This document shows, piece after piece, positions 10,401 to 21,608 of a stretch of DNA of 64,000 nucleotides (position 1 is the stretch's first letter; every line of letters begins with the position of its first letter). The notes under the pieces were generated by a model, which had not been told where the DNA came from, ran no database searches, and saw only the letters and a list, made by a program, of their open reading frames with translations. The stretch spans positions 160,001 through 224,000 of the forward strand of contig CAWBZI010000001.1 in assembly GCA_963793265.1 (NCBI GenBank). Direction: 5' to 3'. The position numbers and the translations under genes are program-made. The stretch is from an uncultured cyanobacterium (GTDB lineage Bacteria; Cyanobacteriota; Cyanobacteriia; Phormidesmidales; Phormidesmidaceae).

Positions 10401-10490
10401 ATCACATTGTCAAACTAAATCAAAAGCTACAGGCGTTAGCAGTTCGATACAATTGAGAGTATATACCTGCTAATTTTTCGGCCAATTCTT

Positions 10491-11231
10491 ATGGGCGAAC
10501 GCCTCCAACTTTTTTTATATCACCTCAGCCAGCAGGCCAACGGCTGGGTAGAAGGACAGCTTGGCCATTTGAGCTTTTCTAGTATTGGCATCATTGCCGC
10601 TGCTGGGCTGCTCACCAGCCTGACGCCCTGTATGCTCTCAATGCTACCGATTACGGTGGGATATATGGGTAGCTATGAGCTAGAAAATCGCTGGCAGGCG
10701 GTAGGACAGTCGGTTTGGTTTGCCACCGGCCTGGCGACGACGCTGGCTGTATTGGGCTTGTTGGCGAGTAGTTTGGGCTGGGTGTATGGGCAAATCGGGG
10801 TCGGTTTGCCGATTGTGGTGAGTGCGATCGCAATTCTGATGGGCCTAAACCTACTAGAAGCGCTACCATTACCACCGCTACCTTCTTTCAACGGCACAGA
10901 TTTTCTAGAGAAAAACATTCCACGTTCTGCCAAGTCTTACCTGCTCGGGCTGACGTTTGGCCTGGTGGCCTCACCCTGTAGCACCCCGGTTTTAGCCACG
11001 CTGCTTGCCTGGGTCGGTGAAAAAGGAGATCCGGTATTAGGCGCTTCCTTACTACTGGCCTACACCGTTGGCTACGTAGCCCCGCTAATGCTAGCTGGTA
11101 TTTTCACCGCCTCTATTAAGCGCATTTTAGAACTCCGCCGCTGGTCAGGATGGATAACACCCGCAAGCGGTGTACTGCTCGTCGGTTTTGGTCTGTTCTC
11201 TCTGGTCACCCGGCTCTTGCCCGTCGCCTAA
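10491..11231 (+). CDS. ccdA: Cytochrome c biogenesis protein CcdA
   Basis: [11 protein letters not shown] and ASPCSTPVL cysteine motifs. Confidence 0.93.
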   Translation: MGERLQLFLYHLSQQANGWVEGQLGHLSFSSIGIIAAAGLLTSLTPCMLSMLPITVGYMGSYELENRWQAVGQSVWFATGLATTLAVLGLLASSLGWVYGQIGVGLPIVVSAIAILMGLNLLEALPLPPLPSFNGTDFLEKNIPRSAKSYLLGLTFGLVASPCSTPVLATLLAWVGEKGDPVLGASLLLAYTVGYVAPLMLAGIFTASIKRILELRRWSGWITPASGVLLVGFGLFSLVTRLLPVA

Positions 11232-11245
11232 CCACCTTTTTTCTT

Positions 11246-12667
11246 ATGTCCAGTGCTGTTGTTGCCACTAAAAGATACTTTCGCAAAGAGCTGATTCCTT
11301 TACTAGCTGATCTGAAGCTGGCGATTGGACTGCTGCTGGCGATCGCACTATTCAGCATCAGTGGCACCGTCATCGAACAGGGTCAGGGCCTCGCCTTCTA
11401 CCAGGAAAACTATCCCGAAAGCCCCGCCCTTTTTGGCTTCCTCACCTGGAAATTTATTCTCATTGTTGGGCTCAATCACGTTTACAGTACGTGGTGGTTC
11501 CTCGCCATTCTCATTCTGTTTGGCGCGAGTCTCACCGCCTGCACCTTCACCCGACAAATCACCGCGCTGCGCTGGTTCTCACGCACCTGGAACTTTTACA
11601 GCAAGCCGCGTCAGTTTGGCAAAATGGCGCTGAGTACTGAGTTGGATATGGGGCTAGAAGAAGGTTCGATAGAGGCGCTGAAGGCAAAGCTGGGCAATCG
11701 CCGCTACCGAATATTTGAAAAGGCAAACGAAACGCCTGCTGGCGATCAGCCTATGCTGTATGCCCACAAAGGCATCATCGGACGAATTGGCCCGATTGTC
11801 GTTCATGCCAGCATGTTACTGATTCTCATTGGTGCAATCATTGGGGCCATGACCGGCTTTTTTGCCCAAGAAATGGTGCCGAGCGGCGAAACTTTTAGAA
11901 TTCAGAATGTCTTTGAAGCCGGGCCTTGGGCGGCCTCTCAAGTGCCCAAAGACTGGTCAGTCAAAGTCAATCGCTTTTGGATCGATTACTCTCCTGAAGG
12001 CCGCGTCGATCAGTTCTACTCCGATCTTTCGGTACTCGACGACAGCGGTGAAGAAGTTAAGCGAAAAACTATCTGGGTCAATCAGCCCCTACGCTACAAA
12101 AACGTCACGCTCTATCAGGCCGACTGGTCAGTTGCCGCTGTGAGAGTCAGGCTGAACAACAGCCCGGTTTTCAACTTGCCCATGGCCCCGCTACAGACAG
12201 ATAGCGGCAAGGTGTGGGGCACTTGGGTACCTACCAAACCCGACATGAGTGAAGGCGTTTCGCTGGTAGCCCAAGACTTGCAAGGTACGCTGCTGGTGTA
12301 TGACATGAGCGGGCAGCTGGTGTCTACAGTGCGCGAAGGAGGCAGGGCGCAGGTAAACGGGGTGACGATGTTTGTTGATGAGCTGATTGGTAGCACGGGC
12401 CTGCAAATTAAAGCAGATCCAGGGATTCCGGTAGTGTATTTAGGCTTTGGGCTGCTGATGGTCGGCGTGATGATGAGCTACGTTTCGCACTCTCAGGTGT
12501 GGGCGCTGCAAACTGCCGACAAGCTGTATGTAGGCGGCAGAACGAACCGGGCACAGGTTTCTTTTGAGCGCGAATTGCTGGCTATCTTAGATGAGCTGAC
12601 ACAGGCTGAGGACGTTAAGACGAAGCCGGAAGCGGCGGCTTTAGCGGCTACCGCGTCTTTTAAGTAA
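11246..12667 (+). CDS. ccs1: Cytochrome c biogenesis protein Ccs1/CcsB (ResB family)
   Basis: [40 protein letters not shown] 11246 preferred. Confidence 0.92.
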   Translation: MSSAVVATKRYFRKELIPLLADLKLAIGLLLAIALFSISGTVIEQGQGLAFYQENYPESPALFGFLTWKFILIVGLNHVYSTWWFLAILILFGASLTACTFTRQITALRWFSRTWNFYSKPRQFGKMALSTELDMGLEEGSIEALKAKLGNRRYRIFEKANETPAGDQPMLYAHKGIIGRIGPIVVHASMLLILIGAIIGAMTGFFAQEMVPSGETFRIQNVFEAGPWAASQVPKDWSVKVNRFWIDYSPEGRVDQFYSDLSVLDDSGEEVKRKTIWVNQPLRYKNVTLYQADWSVAAVRVRLNNSPVFNLPMAPLQTDSGKVWGTWVPTKPDMSEGVSLVAQDLQGTLLVYDMSGQLVSTVREGGRAQVNGVTMFVDELIGSTGLQIKADPGIPVVYLGFGLLMVGVMMSYVSHSQVWALQTADKLYVGGRTNRAQVSFERELLAILDELTQAEDVKTKPEAAALAATASFK

Positions 12668-12788
12668 AGTTTGGGTACGCGTTACGCCGTAGTCATGCGT
12701 CAAAGCTCATAGAAGCTTGTTGAAGTTGGCGGCGATCGCTGGCTTAAAATAAGGCGGTTCATCGAGCCTGGGGCCGCTAAACAACGGC

Positions 12789-13280
12789 ATGACGCTATAC
12801 CCAAAAATTCAGAGCAGCCTGCGACTTGGCGTTATTCGGGCCGTTGCCTGGCTGTGTCTGCTCGAAACACTGGCCTTTTCACTCCAAAGCTGTAGCCAAA
12901 GTGAGCTAGCAGGAGACTGCGATCGCCTCCAAAAATCTCTATATACCGCCCCCAACTATAGGGTTTTAAACGCTCTTCAACTGGACCAAGCCGCTGCGAT
13001 CGACGCTTCAAAGCAGCAGGCCATCCTCGCTCAGAAAATAGCTCAAATGCAGATTGACGACGAGACGCTTAGCGCCTATCGCAGCAACTTAGTCGATCTG
13101 TATCTCCACGATAGCGACTTAGGATTACAGGTCGCGTCATTTATGACGGCAGCAGGCGACATTTCAGTGGCAGGCAGCAATCGCACCGCCTACGACCAGG
13201 TCGCCAGCCAAAGAATTATGATTAGTCAGCAGGTGCAAGACCAGCACAATATGATCGCTGGCCATTGCAGTACGCCTTAG
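12789..13280 (+). CDS. Hypothetical exported/lipoprotein
   Basis: 163 aa ORF with hydrophobic N-terminus and LQSC lipobox-like site. Confidence 0.55.
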   Translation: MTLYPKIQSSLRLGVIRAVAWLCLLETLAFSLQSCSQSELAGDCDRLQKSLYTAPNYRVLNALQLDQAAAIDASKQQAILAQKIAQMQIDDETLSAYRSNLVDLYLHDSDLGLQVASFMTAAGDISVAGSNRTAYDQVASQRIMISQQVQDQHNMIAGHCSTP

Positions 13281-13970
13281 TTAGTACGATCTATTGCCGT
13301 GGCGAGATAGAGAGAGCCCTGCGATACCCGTTACAGCAACCAGTCCTAAAACGCTCAGCGGCTCCGGTGTCGTTGCTGTTGGCGCATCATTGGTTGCCAA
13401 AATTTGACCGCGTAGCTCTCCGGGAAAACCCGTGGACGCATCGAAGCGGTTGGTATGCACCTGCACGTAAAGTCCGCCTGTCTTTAGCGTATTGATAAAG
13501 TCAGTCAGCGGCTTGGTGTCGTTAGGATCGCTAAGGCCGTTACCATTCAAGTCGGAGACATCGCTATCGTCCCATACGCCGCTCAATGTGTTGGCTGCAT
13601 AGTCCACAACCAGATCAGCATCGTCTTCAGCGGGCAAGCCGAATATATTGAGCGTATGTGGGCCATTACTCCCAGCAGGCGCGACGTGAATATGAATTTT
13701 ATTGACATCGTTGGGAGCCGTGCGATCGCCCTCAACCAGCTTCTCAACCAAATTTACACCCTCAAACGCAAGCTCGTAAGCAAGCTGAGTTTCATCTTCA
13801 TTCAGCGTAAAGCTGCCTGTACCAACGGCAGTAGAGCCGGTGCCCGGAACCACCTGATCGCCCGTAATATTAGCTGTAAATGTAGCCGCCTGTGCAAGCT
13901 TTGCACTGCCTAATGTGGATGCGATCGCCACGCCACACGCCAGCCAACCTAAGTTCCAGTTACGATTCAT
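13281..13970 (-). CDS. CHRD-domain PEP-CTERM surface protein
   Basis: Signal peptide; HIH...LYVQVHT...FPGELRGQI; C-terminal TPEP-TM-basic tail. Confidence 0.88.
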   Translation of the reverse strand: MNRNWNLGWLACGVAIASTLGSAKLAQAATFTANITGDQVVPGTGSTAVGTGSFTLNEDETQLAYELAFEGVNLVEKLVEGDRTAPNDVNKIHIHVAPAGSNGPHTLNIFGLPAEDDADLVVDYAANTLSGVWDDSDVSDLNGNGLSDPNDTKPLTDFINTLKTGGLYVQVHTNRFDASTGFPGELRGQILATNDAPTATTPEPLSVLGLVAVTGIAGLSLSRHGNRSY

Positions 13971-14134
13971 CGAAAATCCTATTACTCACACGACTTACTT
14001 CTTTGCAACCCTTAGAAGCTGTTGGGGTACAGCGCTTCTGTAATAGATATTCAATCACTGTAGAATATTCTTTTCAAAAGACCAGCCGTCAATCTCGAAC
14101 TCAGCCACCAGAGCAGTGAGCGCGTATTTTATCC

Positions 14135-14839
14135 ATGCGAATTTTATTAGTAGATGACGAAGTAGAACTCACCGACCCGCTCAGCCGTCTGCTACAGCGG
14201 CAAGGCTACGAGGTGGAAGTGGCCGCAGATGGCCAGGCTGGCTGCGATATGGCGATTAGCAACCACTACGACCTGCTAATTTTGGACTGGATGCTGCCGG
14301 GCAAAAGCGGCTTGGATATTTGTAGGGAAGTGCGATCGCAATCGCAAACCACCCCAGTTTTATTTCTTACCGCCAAAGACACGCTGGATGACCGGGTAGA
14401 TGGATTAGATGCAGGCGCGGACGATTATTTAGTCAAGCCCTTTGAGCTACGTGAGCTGCTTGCTAGAGTGCGGGCGCTCTTACGCCGACCAACTGCGATT
14501 GAGAGTACATCTAGATTAGCAGGCGGCATCGCAGAAGGTGCTTTAGCATGTTCAGATCTCACGCTCAACATAGAAAGTCAGCTAGCCAGTCGCGGGGGGA
14601 AAACAATAGAGCTATCGGAGAAGGAGGTGCAGCTATTGGCTTATTTGATGCGATCGCCCCAGCAGCTACTCACGCATACTCAAATTTACGATGCCGTATG
14701 GGGCAAAGGGGCGACGCCTAATAGCAACGCCCTAGCCGCTCAAATGCGACTGCTACGAAAGAAAATAGAGCAGCCCGATCAGCCTGCCTTGATCCATACG
14801 GTGTATGGCAAAGGCTATCGCTTTGGCGCGGCCTCCTAA
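14135..14839 (+). CDS. rppA: OmpR-family response regulator (RppA-like)
   Basis: Receiver DD/D/K (LILDWMLP, YLVKPF) plus winged helix IHTVYGKGYRF. Confidence 0.8.
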   Translation: MRILLVDDEVELTDPLSRLLQRQGYEVEVAADGQAGCDMAISNHYDLLILDWMLPGKSGLDICREVRSQSQTTPVLFLTAKDTLDDRVDGLDAGADDYLVKPFELRELLARVRALLRRPTAIESTSRLAGGIAEGALACSDLTLNIESQLASRGGKTIELSEKEVQLLAYLMRSPQQLLTHTQIYDAVWGKGATPNSNALAAQMRLLRKKIEQPDQPALIHTVYGKGYRFGAAS

Positions 14840-15141
14840 AATTCAGCCAAAAATTCATCTAGATTTAACTGCCTTAAAAACGCAGTCACTTTTCTTGTTT
14901 GGACGGGCAAATGAACGGGAAATCTTATCTCGGCAGCGATTGTTTACGGGCACAGCCACCCCGAATAATGCCTGAGCGCACCTGTTTTCTCTGTAAAAAT
15001 ACTTAACTATTTATTCTCTGTGAAGTGGGATAAAACACGCAGGATTCTACGTCTACAAAACCAATACGCGTCAAAACGGCGCGATCACATCTGCGTTCAT
15101 CTCTTAAGCGCGCCCTCTTTTCAAGCTAGTGGAAAGCCTAC

Positions 15142-16464
15142 ATGAGCAACAAAAGGAATAGTATCTTTTCAGGTGTTGTCCCGGTAATGGGAGACTCTCA
15201 AACCGTTGTTCCCACCCTTGCTTCCCCAGTCGCAGGCTCTAGAATTCTGACGCAGGCGATCGCTCAAGCCCTAGCCGAAACTAGCCCAACTACGCGCCAC
15301 TCCACCGGCAGCACCCTGCTGGACTCCTTTATTGGCGATGCTGCTCACGACGCGTTTGCTTTGCAAAGGCAGCTCACTAGCCTTAGCTTTGAGCTAAAGC
15401 GCGTTGCTAACCCTAGAATTAGGCGACCGATTGCGCGAGATAAAACCGTCCGAGACAGGCCAATAGCTGAGCAAGCAAGACCTCGCCAGACAAAAAACAG
15501 CGATCGCCCCCAGCCGTCTGCTCAGCCGAGCCAAGCCCTGCCCACCGAAGCCCAAATTATCAGCGCCCAGATCGCTCAGGCTCAGGTCGCAAAAGCACAA
15601 ATTGAGAAGGCTAGAGTTGAAAAAACCCACGCCAGGAAAGCAACTATCCGGCCTTCTCAACCGCAAAAAGTAGCAACCCAGAAAGAAAGCAACCCCTCTC
15701 GGCAACCACTACCTGCGTCACAAAAGAAAGTATACGGCGGCTCTGACTACAAGGCGCTGCAAGCACGAGCGCAGGCAGGCGGCCTCGTTAATCTCGACGA
15801 TTGGCTGCTATTTGGCGGAGCTGATAAGGACAAGCCTATTGGTGGTGACCTGAGCATTCAGCGATCGCAGGCTAGCTCGCACCTCTCAAGCTACCTCAGC
15901 GAGCAGCTTCAAGACTTCACAGCCTCTCCCATTCCAGGCGGCTTTCACGCAACCTTGCACATCGCACAATCTAGTAGCGCCCAACAAGATCAGCATCAAA
16001 CCGTTCTAGGCGTTGATGTCTTCAAGCTCAGCGACTTAACAGCCGATAGCATCCTTGATTTAGTAGACGAGAGAGCTGTAAAGGAAGCAACAGAGAAGCA
16101 AGCAGAAGCGCGAGAAAAGACAGGTGTTGAACCAGTTGAGGTTTTTCGGTCTTCGCCCGAAGCTGTGAGCAACAATCAGCCTGCTGCTTTAGATGAGTTG
16201 AGCAAACAAGTTATCTATCTAAATCAACGAATAGAGTATCTCTCTCAAAAGCTGGCAATGCTCGATGAGGACGGATTGGCAGGCGATCGCACTCACCCGC
16301 CGCAGGCGATTACAGCCACAAAAGCAAATGGGACGCGATCGCGCAGCCACACAAAGGGTTGGAGCCCAGTCGTGCTTGGCACGGAAGTATTTACGCTTGC
16401 CGAAAGTGCCAGCTCACCACAGAAAAGAGTGGCGACTTTGGAATCACTATCGAAAGCGCTCTAA
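15142..16464 (+). CDS. Hypothetical protein, largely low-complexity, C-terminal coiled coil
   Basis: 440 aa ORF; no family recognised. Confidence 0.6.
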   Translation: MSNKRNSIFSGVVPVMGDSQTVVPTLASPVAGSRILTQAIAQALAETSPTTRHSTGSTLLDSFIGDAAHDAFALQRQLTSLSFELKRVANPRIRRPIARDKTVRDRPIAEQARPRQTKNSDRPQPSAQPSQALPTEAQIISAQIAQAQVAKAQIEKARVEKTHARKATIRPSQPQKVATQKESNPSRQPLPASQKKVYGGSDYKALQARAQAGGLVNLDDWLLFGGADKDKPIGGDLSIQRSQASSHLSSYLSEQLQDFTASPIPGGFHATLHIAQSSSAQQDQHQTVLGVDVFKLSDLTADSILDLVDERAVKEATEKQAEAREKTGVEPVEVFRSSPEAVSNNQPAALDELSKQVIYLNQRIEYLSQKLAMLDEDGLAGDRTHPPQAITATKANGTRSRSHTKGWSPVVLGTEVFTLAESASSPQKRVATLESLSKAL

Positions 16465-16500
16465 CGGCTAAAGCCAATCACCTAGCCACCCAATAGCGCC

Positions 16501-17562
16501 CTACCGATCGCCATACAAATTGTTGTAATAACCCTTGTACTCCTCAGAAAGCAACGGTTGCCACCACTCACGATTAGATAAATACCACTCAACCGTTTGC
16601 TTTAGCCCCGTCTCAAAGTTGTAGGCAGGCGTCCATCCCAAATCGCGCTCAATCTTAGAAATATCCATCGCATAGCGGCGATCGTGACCAGGGCGATCGG
16701 TCACAAAGGTAATCAAATCGCGTGGCGCGGTAGGCAAGTCTTGAGCCAGCTCACCCATCAAATCACAGAGCTGATAAACAATATCAAGATTCTTTACCTG
16801 ATTGTTGCCGCCGATGTTGTACACATCACCCGGATTTGCCTTTTGTAGCACCGTATCAATCGCCGTACAGTGGTCGCTTACGTGCAGCCAGTCGCGCACG
16901 TTTTGGCCGTCGCCATACACTGGTAAGGGCTTACCCAGCAGAATGTTCAAGCACATTAGCGGAATCAGCTTTTCAGGGAACTGGTATGGGCCGTAGTTGT
17001 TAGAACAGTTTGTGATTAGCGTGGGCATTCCATAGGTGTGGAAGTAGGCGCGCGCTAGGTGGTCGCTACCGGCTTTAGAGGCTGAGTAAGGACTGTTGGG
17101 CGCGTAGGGGGTTGTCTCAGTAAAAGCCGGATCGTCTGCTTCTAAGCTGCCGTATACTTCGTCGGTAGAGACGTGCAAAAATCGGTAGTCTTCGGGCTTG
17201 CCTTTGTCTTGCCAGCGATTGCGAAAGGCTTCTAGCAGCGTAAAGGTGCCGACTACATTCGTTTGCACAAAAGCCGCCGGGCCTAGAATTGAGCGGTCTA
17301 CATGGGATTCGGCAGCGAAGTGAATGACGGTATCAATCTCTTCTTCTTTGAGCACTGAAGCCACCAAGTCGCCATCGCAAATGTCTCCTTTGACCAGGCG
17401 AAATCGGTCTTGGCCTTCTAAATCAGCCAGATTCTCTTTATTTCCGGCATAGCCCAAAATATCGAGGACAATGACCCTTCCATCATGGGTATCACACCAG
17501 TGATGAACAAAGTTAGAACCAATGAATCCGGCACCGCCAGTAATAAGAACGCGTTTTGACAT
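16501..17562 (-). CDS. rfbB: dTDP-glucose 4,6-dehydratase
   Basis: TGGAGFIG, HFAAESHVDRS, VSTDEVYG, YSASK, DRPGHDRRY. Confidence 0.97.
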   Translation of the reverse strand: MSKRVLITGGAGFIGSNFVHHWCDTHDGRVIVLDILGYAGNKENLADLEGQDRFRLVKGDICDGDLVASVLKEEEIDTVIHFAAESHVDRSILGPAAFVQTNVVGTFTLLEAFRNRWQDKGKPEDYRFLHVSTDEVYGSLEADDPAFTETTPYAPNSPYSASKAGSDHLARAYFHTYGMPTLITNCSNNYGPYQFPEKLIPLMCLNILLGKPLPVYGDGQNVRDWLHVSDHCTAIDTVLQKANPGDVYNIGGNNQVKNLDIVYQLCDLMGELAQDLPTAPRDLITFVTDRPGHDRRYAMDISKIERDLGWTPAYNFETGLKQTVEWYLSNREWWQPLLSEEYKGYYNNLYGDR

Positions 17563-17621
17563 ATTGCTTTAGAGATGAGTGAAAAGATAGTTGAACAGAA
17601 AGAATTTGCTAAAAAGAGAAA

Positions 17622-18698
17622 TTATGTAAGTTCGATTTTTGAGTCGTCACCGACCATAAATCTCAGCGCTTTAGGACGATGCTCGGTAATCGTGAGCTTG
17701 GCGCGCTCGCCAATGAGGCTATCGACAATGCGTCTTTGAATGCCCGCAATAGTGGCTCCTTGCAGTACAACGCTGTGGTCAATTTCAATATTGCTCATGC
17801 TCACCCCATCAGCAATGCTGGTGTAGGAGCCTACAAAGCAGTTTTCAAGTACGCAGTTTTCGCCAATGACAACTGGGCCGCGCACGGTGCAGTTAATGAG
17901 CCTTGAGCCTTTGCCAATCACCGCTCTACCGCTGACTTTGCTCTGCTCGTCTACATCCCCGAGCACTTTTGCCTCAGTCAGATACTCATCTAAAATGATG
18001 CGGTTGGCTTCTAGCAAATCGTCTTTTTTACCTGTGTCTAGCCACCAGCCAGAAAGCTCTTTGGCTTCAACAGGCTGTTTAGAGATGATGAGCTGCTGAA
18101 TGGCGTCTGTAATTTCTAGTTCGCCGCGAGCAGAGGGTTTGATTTGGGCGATCGCCTGATGAATCTCAGGTGAAAACAAATACACCCCTACCAAAGCCAA
18201 ATTCGACGGCGGATCTTTAGGCTTCTCCACCAGCTTAATCACACTGCCGTCAGCAGCAATCTGGGCGACGCCAAACGCAGTGGGATTCGCCACCTGCTTC
18301 AGCATAATAATCGCGCCCAACGGCTTTTTCTTAAAGTCAGCAACAAACTCTACGAGCTGATCTTGAATCAGGTTGTCGCCTAAATACATCACGAATGGAG
18401 AATCACCGAGGAAAGGCTGGGCGATTTTTACAGCGTGCGCTAGACCATCAGGACTTTCTTGGGGAATATAAGTAATGCTTGCGCCAAACTTATCTCCCGT
18501 GCCTGTTTTCTTTTCAATTTCAGGCCCAGTCTCAGGGCTCACGATAATACCGATGTCAGTAATGCCAGCCGCAACAAGACTTTCGATGCCGTACCAAAGA
18601 ATCGGCTTATTGGCGACCGGCACAAGCTGCTTTGCACCCGTATAGGTGAGCGGTCTTAGCCGAGTGCCTTTACCGCCCGATAAAATTAATGCTTTCAT
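17622..18698 (-). CDS. rfbA: Glucose-1-phosphate thymidylyltransferase (long form)
   Basis: LSGGKGTRLRPLT, KQLVPVANKP, SARGELEITD, C-terminal beta-helix. Confidence 0.95.
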   Translation of the reverse strand: MKALILSGGKGTRLRPLTYTGAKQLVPVANKPILWYGIESLVAAGITDIGIIVSPETGPEIEKKTGTGDKFGASITYIPQESPDGLAHAVKIAQPFLGDSPFVMYLGDNLIQDQLVEFVADFKKKPLGAIIMLKQVANPTAFGVAQIAADGSVIKLVEKPKDPPSNLALVGVYLFSPEIHQAIAQIKPSARGELEITDAIQQLIISKQPVEAKELSGWWLDTGKKDDLLEANRIILDEYLTEAKVLGDVDEQSKVSGRAVIGKGSRLINCTVRGPVVIGENCVLENCFVGSYTSIADGVSMSNIEIDHSVVLQGATIAGIQRRIVDSLIGERAKLTITEHRPKALRFMVGDDSKIELT

Positions 18699-18740
18699 GT
18701 ATTCTCCCTTCAGGTCGTAATCTGGTAATAAAGTTGTTTT

Positions 18741-19700
18741 TTATGTAGCTGAAGTAGGCTGCGATACCTGGGTTTGGGCGGCTTCAGTCCGCGCGTAATC
18801 TTTGAGCATTGCTCGCAGGCTCGATCGCCAGTAAGGCGGGCTATGTTCTAACGTTCGAGCGAGCTTCTGAGTGCTCAGGACAGAATAGGCCGGTCTTTGA
18901 GCTGGCGTGGGATAGTCGGCGGTGGTGATGGGATTCACCTCCTGAATTTGTAGCGGGATGCCGAGTGCTTTGGCTTCTTCAAAAATGGCCACAGCAAAGT
19001 CGTACCAGCTTGCAACGCCGCTATTTGTGAAGTGGTAGGTGCCAGCTATCTCTGTAGGCTCGCTGATTAATTTTGAGGCGAGCTGAACAATGGCATCGGC
19101 AATGTCTTTGGCCCAAGTCGGCGAACCAATTTGATCGGCAACAACGCTGAGCGAGTCTCGTGATTTTCCCAGCCTCAGCATGGTCTTTAAAAAGTTGCCT
19201 TTGCCTTCGGTGCCATACACCCAAGCCGTTCTCAAAATCACGTGCGCTTCTAACGCTTCGCGAATAGCCTGTTCTCCGGCTAGCTTCGTTTTGCCATAAG
19301 CACTAATCGGGCCAGTAGCGTCTGTTTCACTACGCGGGGAACCCTCAGTGCCAGCAAATACGTAGTCTGTCGAAATGTGCACCAGCTTAGCGCCACACTT
19401 AGCGGCTGATTCAGCTAAAACCTTTGGCGCTTCGGCATTGAGGCGATAGGCCAAATCGTACTCAGTTTCAGCTTTGTCCACAGCGGTGTAGGCGGCGGCG
19501 TTGATGATGAGGCGAGGCTGTAAGGTGGCGATGGTTTGGGCGATCGCATCCAAATCTGTCAAGTCCAACTGCGATCGCCCTACCGCCGTCACCTCTCCCA
19601 GCTCAGGCACACTCGCCAGCGCCTTCACCAGCTCCTGTCCCACCTGACCGCGTGCGCCTACGAGTAAGATCTTCGGTGAAGTATCGTTGCGATCGCTCAT
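18741..19700 (-). CDS. rfbD: dTDP-4-dehydrorhamnose reductase
   Basis: GARGQVG, NAAAYTAVDKAE, HISTDYVF, YGKTKLAGE. Confidence 0.96.
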   Translation of the reverse strand: MSDRNDTSPKILLVGARGQVGQELVKALASVPELGEVTAVGRSQLDLTDLDAIAQTIATLQPRLIINAAAYTAVDKAETEYDLAYRLNAEAPKVLAESAAKCGAKLVHISTDYVFAGTEGSPRSETDATGPISAYGKTKLAGEQAIREALEAHVILRTAWVYGTEGKGNFLKTMLRLGKSRDSLSVVADQIGSPTWAKDIADAIVQLASKLISEPTEIAGTYHFTNSGVASWYDFAVAIFEEAKALGIPLQIQEVNPITTADYPTPAQRPAYSVLSTQKLARTLEHSPPYWRSSLRAMLKDYARTEAAQTQVSQPTSAT

Positions 19701-20275
19701 TATGCAGGCTCCTGTGAGAAGTCTGCATAATCGACCAAATCCGCAGATTCTAAGGTATCACCAGCAGCATCCTTACCCGATAAAATCGGCGTTTGATCGG
19801 CGGTGGGCCACTGAATATTGAGTGTAGGATCGTTCCAAACAATGCTGCGCTCATGCTCTGGAGAGTAGAAGTCAGTTGCTTTGTAGAGTACATCAGCTTT
19901 TTCAGAAAGCACATAAAAACCGTGGGCAAATCCAGGCGGAATCCATAGCTGCTTTTTGTTCTCTGCGCTCAAGATTTTGCCGACAGACTTACCAAACGTA
20001 GGCGAACCCTGGCGAATATCCACAGCGACATCATAGATGCTGCCAATGGCGACTCTAACTAGCTTGCCTTGAGCGTTTCGTACCTGATAGTGCAGCCCGC
20101 GCAAAATATTAGACACCGAACTTGAATGATTGTCTTGAACAAAATCGTAGTGTGTGCCGATAGCTTCATCAAAAGCCCGCTGGTTGAAGCTTTCCAAAAA
20201 GAAACCGCGTTCATCTTGAAAAACCCGAGGCTCGATCACCAGCACCTCGGGAATTTTGGTTTGCGTAATCTGCAT
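19700..20275 (-). CDS. rfbC: dTDP-4-dehydrorhamnose 3,5-epimerase
   Basis: DERGFFLE, FVQDNHS, RGLHYQ, IPPGFAHGF; start at MQITQT. Confidence 0.96.
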   Translation of the reverse strand: MQITQTKIPEVLVIEPRVFQDERGFFLESFNQRAFDEAIGTHYDFVQDNHSSSVSNILRGLHYQVRNAQGKLVRVAIGSIYDVAVDIRQGSPTFGKSVGKILSAENKKQLWIPPGFAHGFYVLSEKADVLYKATDFYSPEHERSIVWNDPTLNIQWPTADQTPILSGKDAAGDTLESADLVDYADFSQEPA

Positions 20276-20519
20276 GGGGCTAAAGCTCTTATCCGCATAA
20301 TCTACTAAGATGTACCGCATTTAAAGCATTTAGACGCATCAAATTTGCGGAGATTCATCGAATCTTGAAAAAATATGAAGCTAACCGACTAAGGCCCTAT
20401 CAAGACAAGTATCAGCGCTGTTACGGACAGCTCATACGTACAAGTCAAACCCCTATCACCACGCCCTCTCAAGCGGGAAAACTGAGTTTAGATTTAGTTT
20501 TTAAACCCGGTGGTTCCTT

Positions 20520-21608
20520 ATGACTCGTCCTTTTCTTTCGCTCGTAATTCCGATGAGGGAAGGGTTTTCTGCCCACTGGCTACAAGAGCTGCTCAAGGTC
20601 AAAGGCAATATTGAATTTATTTTGGTACATCCTGCTGGGGTGAAGCCTGAACCGTATGCAGATAGCCGAATGCGCCAGCTTATCAGTCCTTTTCGCGGTG
20701 AGATCATTCAGCGGCTCACGGGTTTGCTTAACGCCACAGGCACCTACGTTCTCACTTTTAACTGCGATGAATACATAAACCCCGACACGCCCGCGATTGC
20801 TGAGCGCTACTTTCAGCAGTTTCCTAATAGCTGGGTAATGCGCTTAGCTAAAGACGAATACGAGTATGGCGACACAGCAGCGCTCAATGCACCCTGGGTC
20901 GATTTGCCAGAAGCCTTGAACCAAATTCCGGTTTGTCGTAAAGCTGACAATAATTTGCGGCTATACGAAGAGGAAGGGCGGATGCTGGAAATTCCGATTG
21001 CACCGATGCACAATCGGTTTGACCTGGGCTGCATTTGGCGCGGGCGGCGCGATCATCTTGGGCCTCATGCCGAAAACTTTGATAAGAAAGTATGGATTAA
21101 TGCCATGGTGCAGGAGGCTTTGCAGGAAGTCATGCAGGGCTTTAAGCTAGCTGGCCCGATTAAATATTTGCCGTTTTGGTGCTTGGATCGGCTGCTGGGA
21201 CTGGCTTTGCAGGCTAAATTCTATGATGCGGCTCAGCCTGAGAAGGTGATCGGACACAAGCTGCCAGGGCCCGCGCAGCTACGGGTGGAAGACAATCCGC
21301 CGGAGTATCGCCGTCGCGGTCGGTTCTATCTGTTTGCAGAGATCATTTTGCTGCGTCGGTTTCCTCAGTACGGCTACATTTGGAATTTGACAATTCACCA
21401 AATTCGGGAGTTTCCCGTGCGAAGCTTTTTGGCGGTTCAGCGTAAGCTTGCCAGCAAGTCGGTAGCGGTGCCTGCGGCGGTTCAGGTGTCGCCCGTGGCA
21501 GATCCGCTGCCTGAGGTTCAGCTAATAGATATTCAGTCGGAAGTGAAGCCTGCTGCTTTAGGGCAGGTTGTGGAGATGCCTTCGTCTGACGTGAAGTCGG
21601 TGGCCTGA
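20520..21608 (+). CDS. Uncharacterised GT-A-fold-like protein
   Basis: N-terminal FLSLVIP and later TFNCDEY resemble GT2 elements; lies within the glycan cluster. Confidence 0.5.
   Translation: MTRPFLSLVIPMREGFSAHWLQELLKVKGNIEFILVHPAGVKPEPYADSRMRQLISPFRGEIIQRLTGLLNATGTYVLTFNCDEYINPDTPAIAERYFQQFPNSWVMRLAKDEYEYGDTAALNAPWVDLPEALNQIPVCRKADNNLRLYEEEGRMLEIPIAPMHNRFDLGCIWRGRRDHLGPHAENFDKKVWINAMVQEALQEVMQGFKLAGPIKYLPFWCLDRLLGLALQAKFYDAAQPEKVIGHKLPGPAQLRVEDNPPEYRRRGRFYLFAEIILLRRFPQYGYIWNLTIHQIREFPVRSFLAVQRKLASKSVAVPAAVQVSPVADPLPEVQLIDIQSEVKPAALGQVVEMPSSDVKSVA

Noticed and set aside
15090..15125. Glutamine riboswitch (CGTTCATCT...CGCGCC)
   Set aside because: The central GACGGAAGT/GAAG elements and stems are absent and the spacing is far too short
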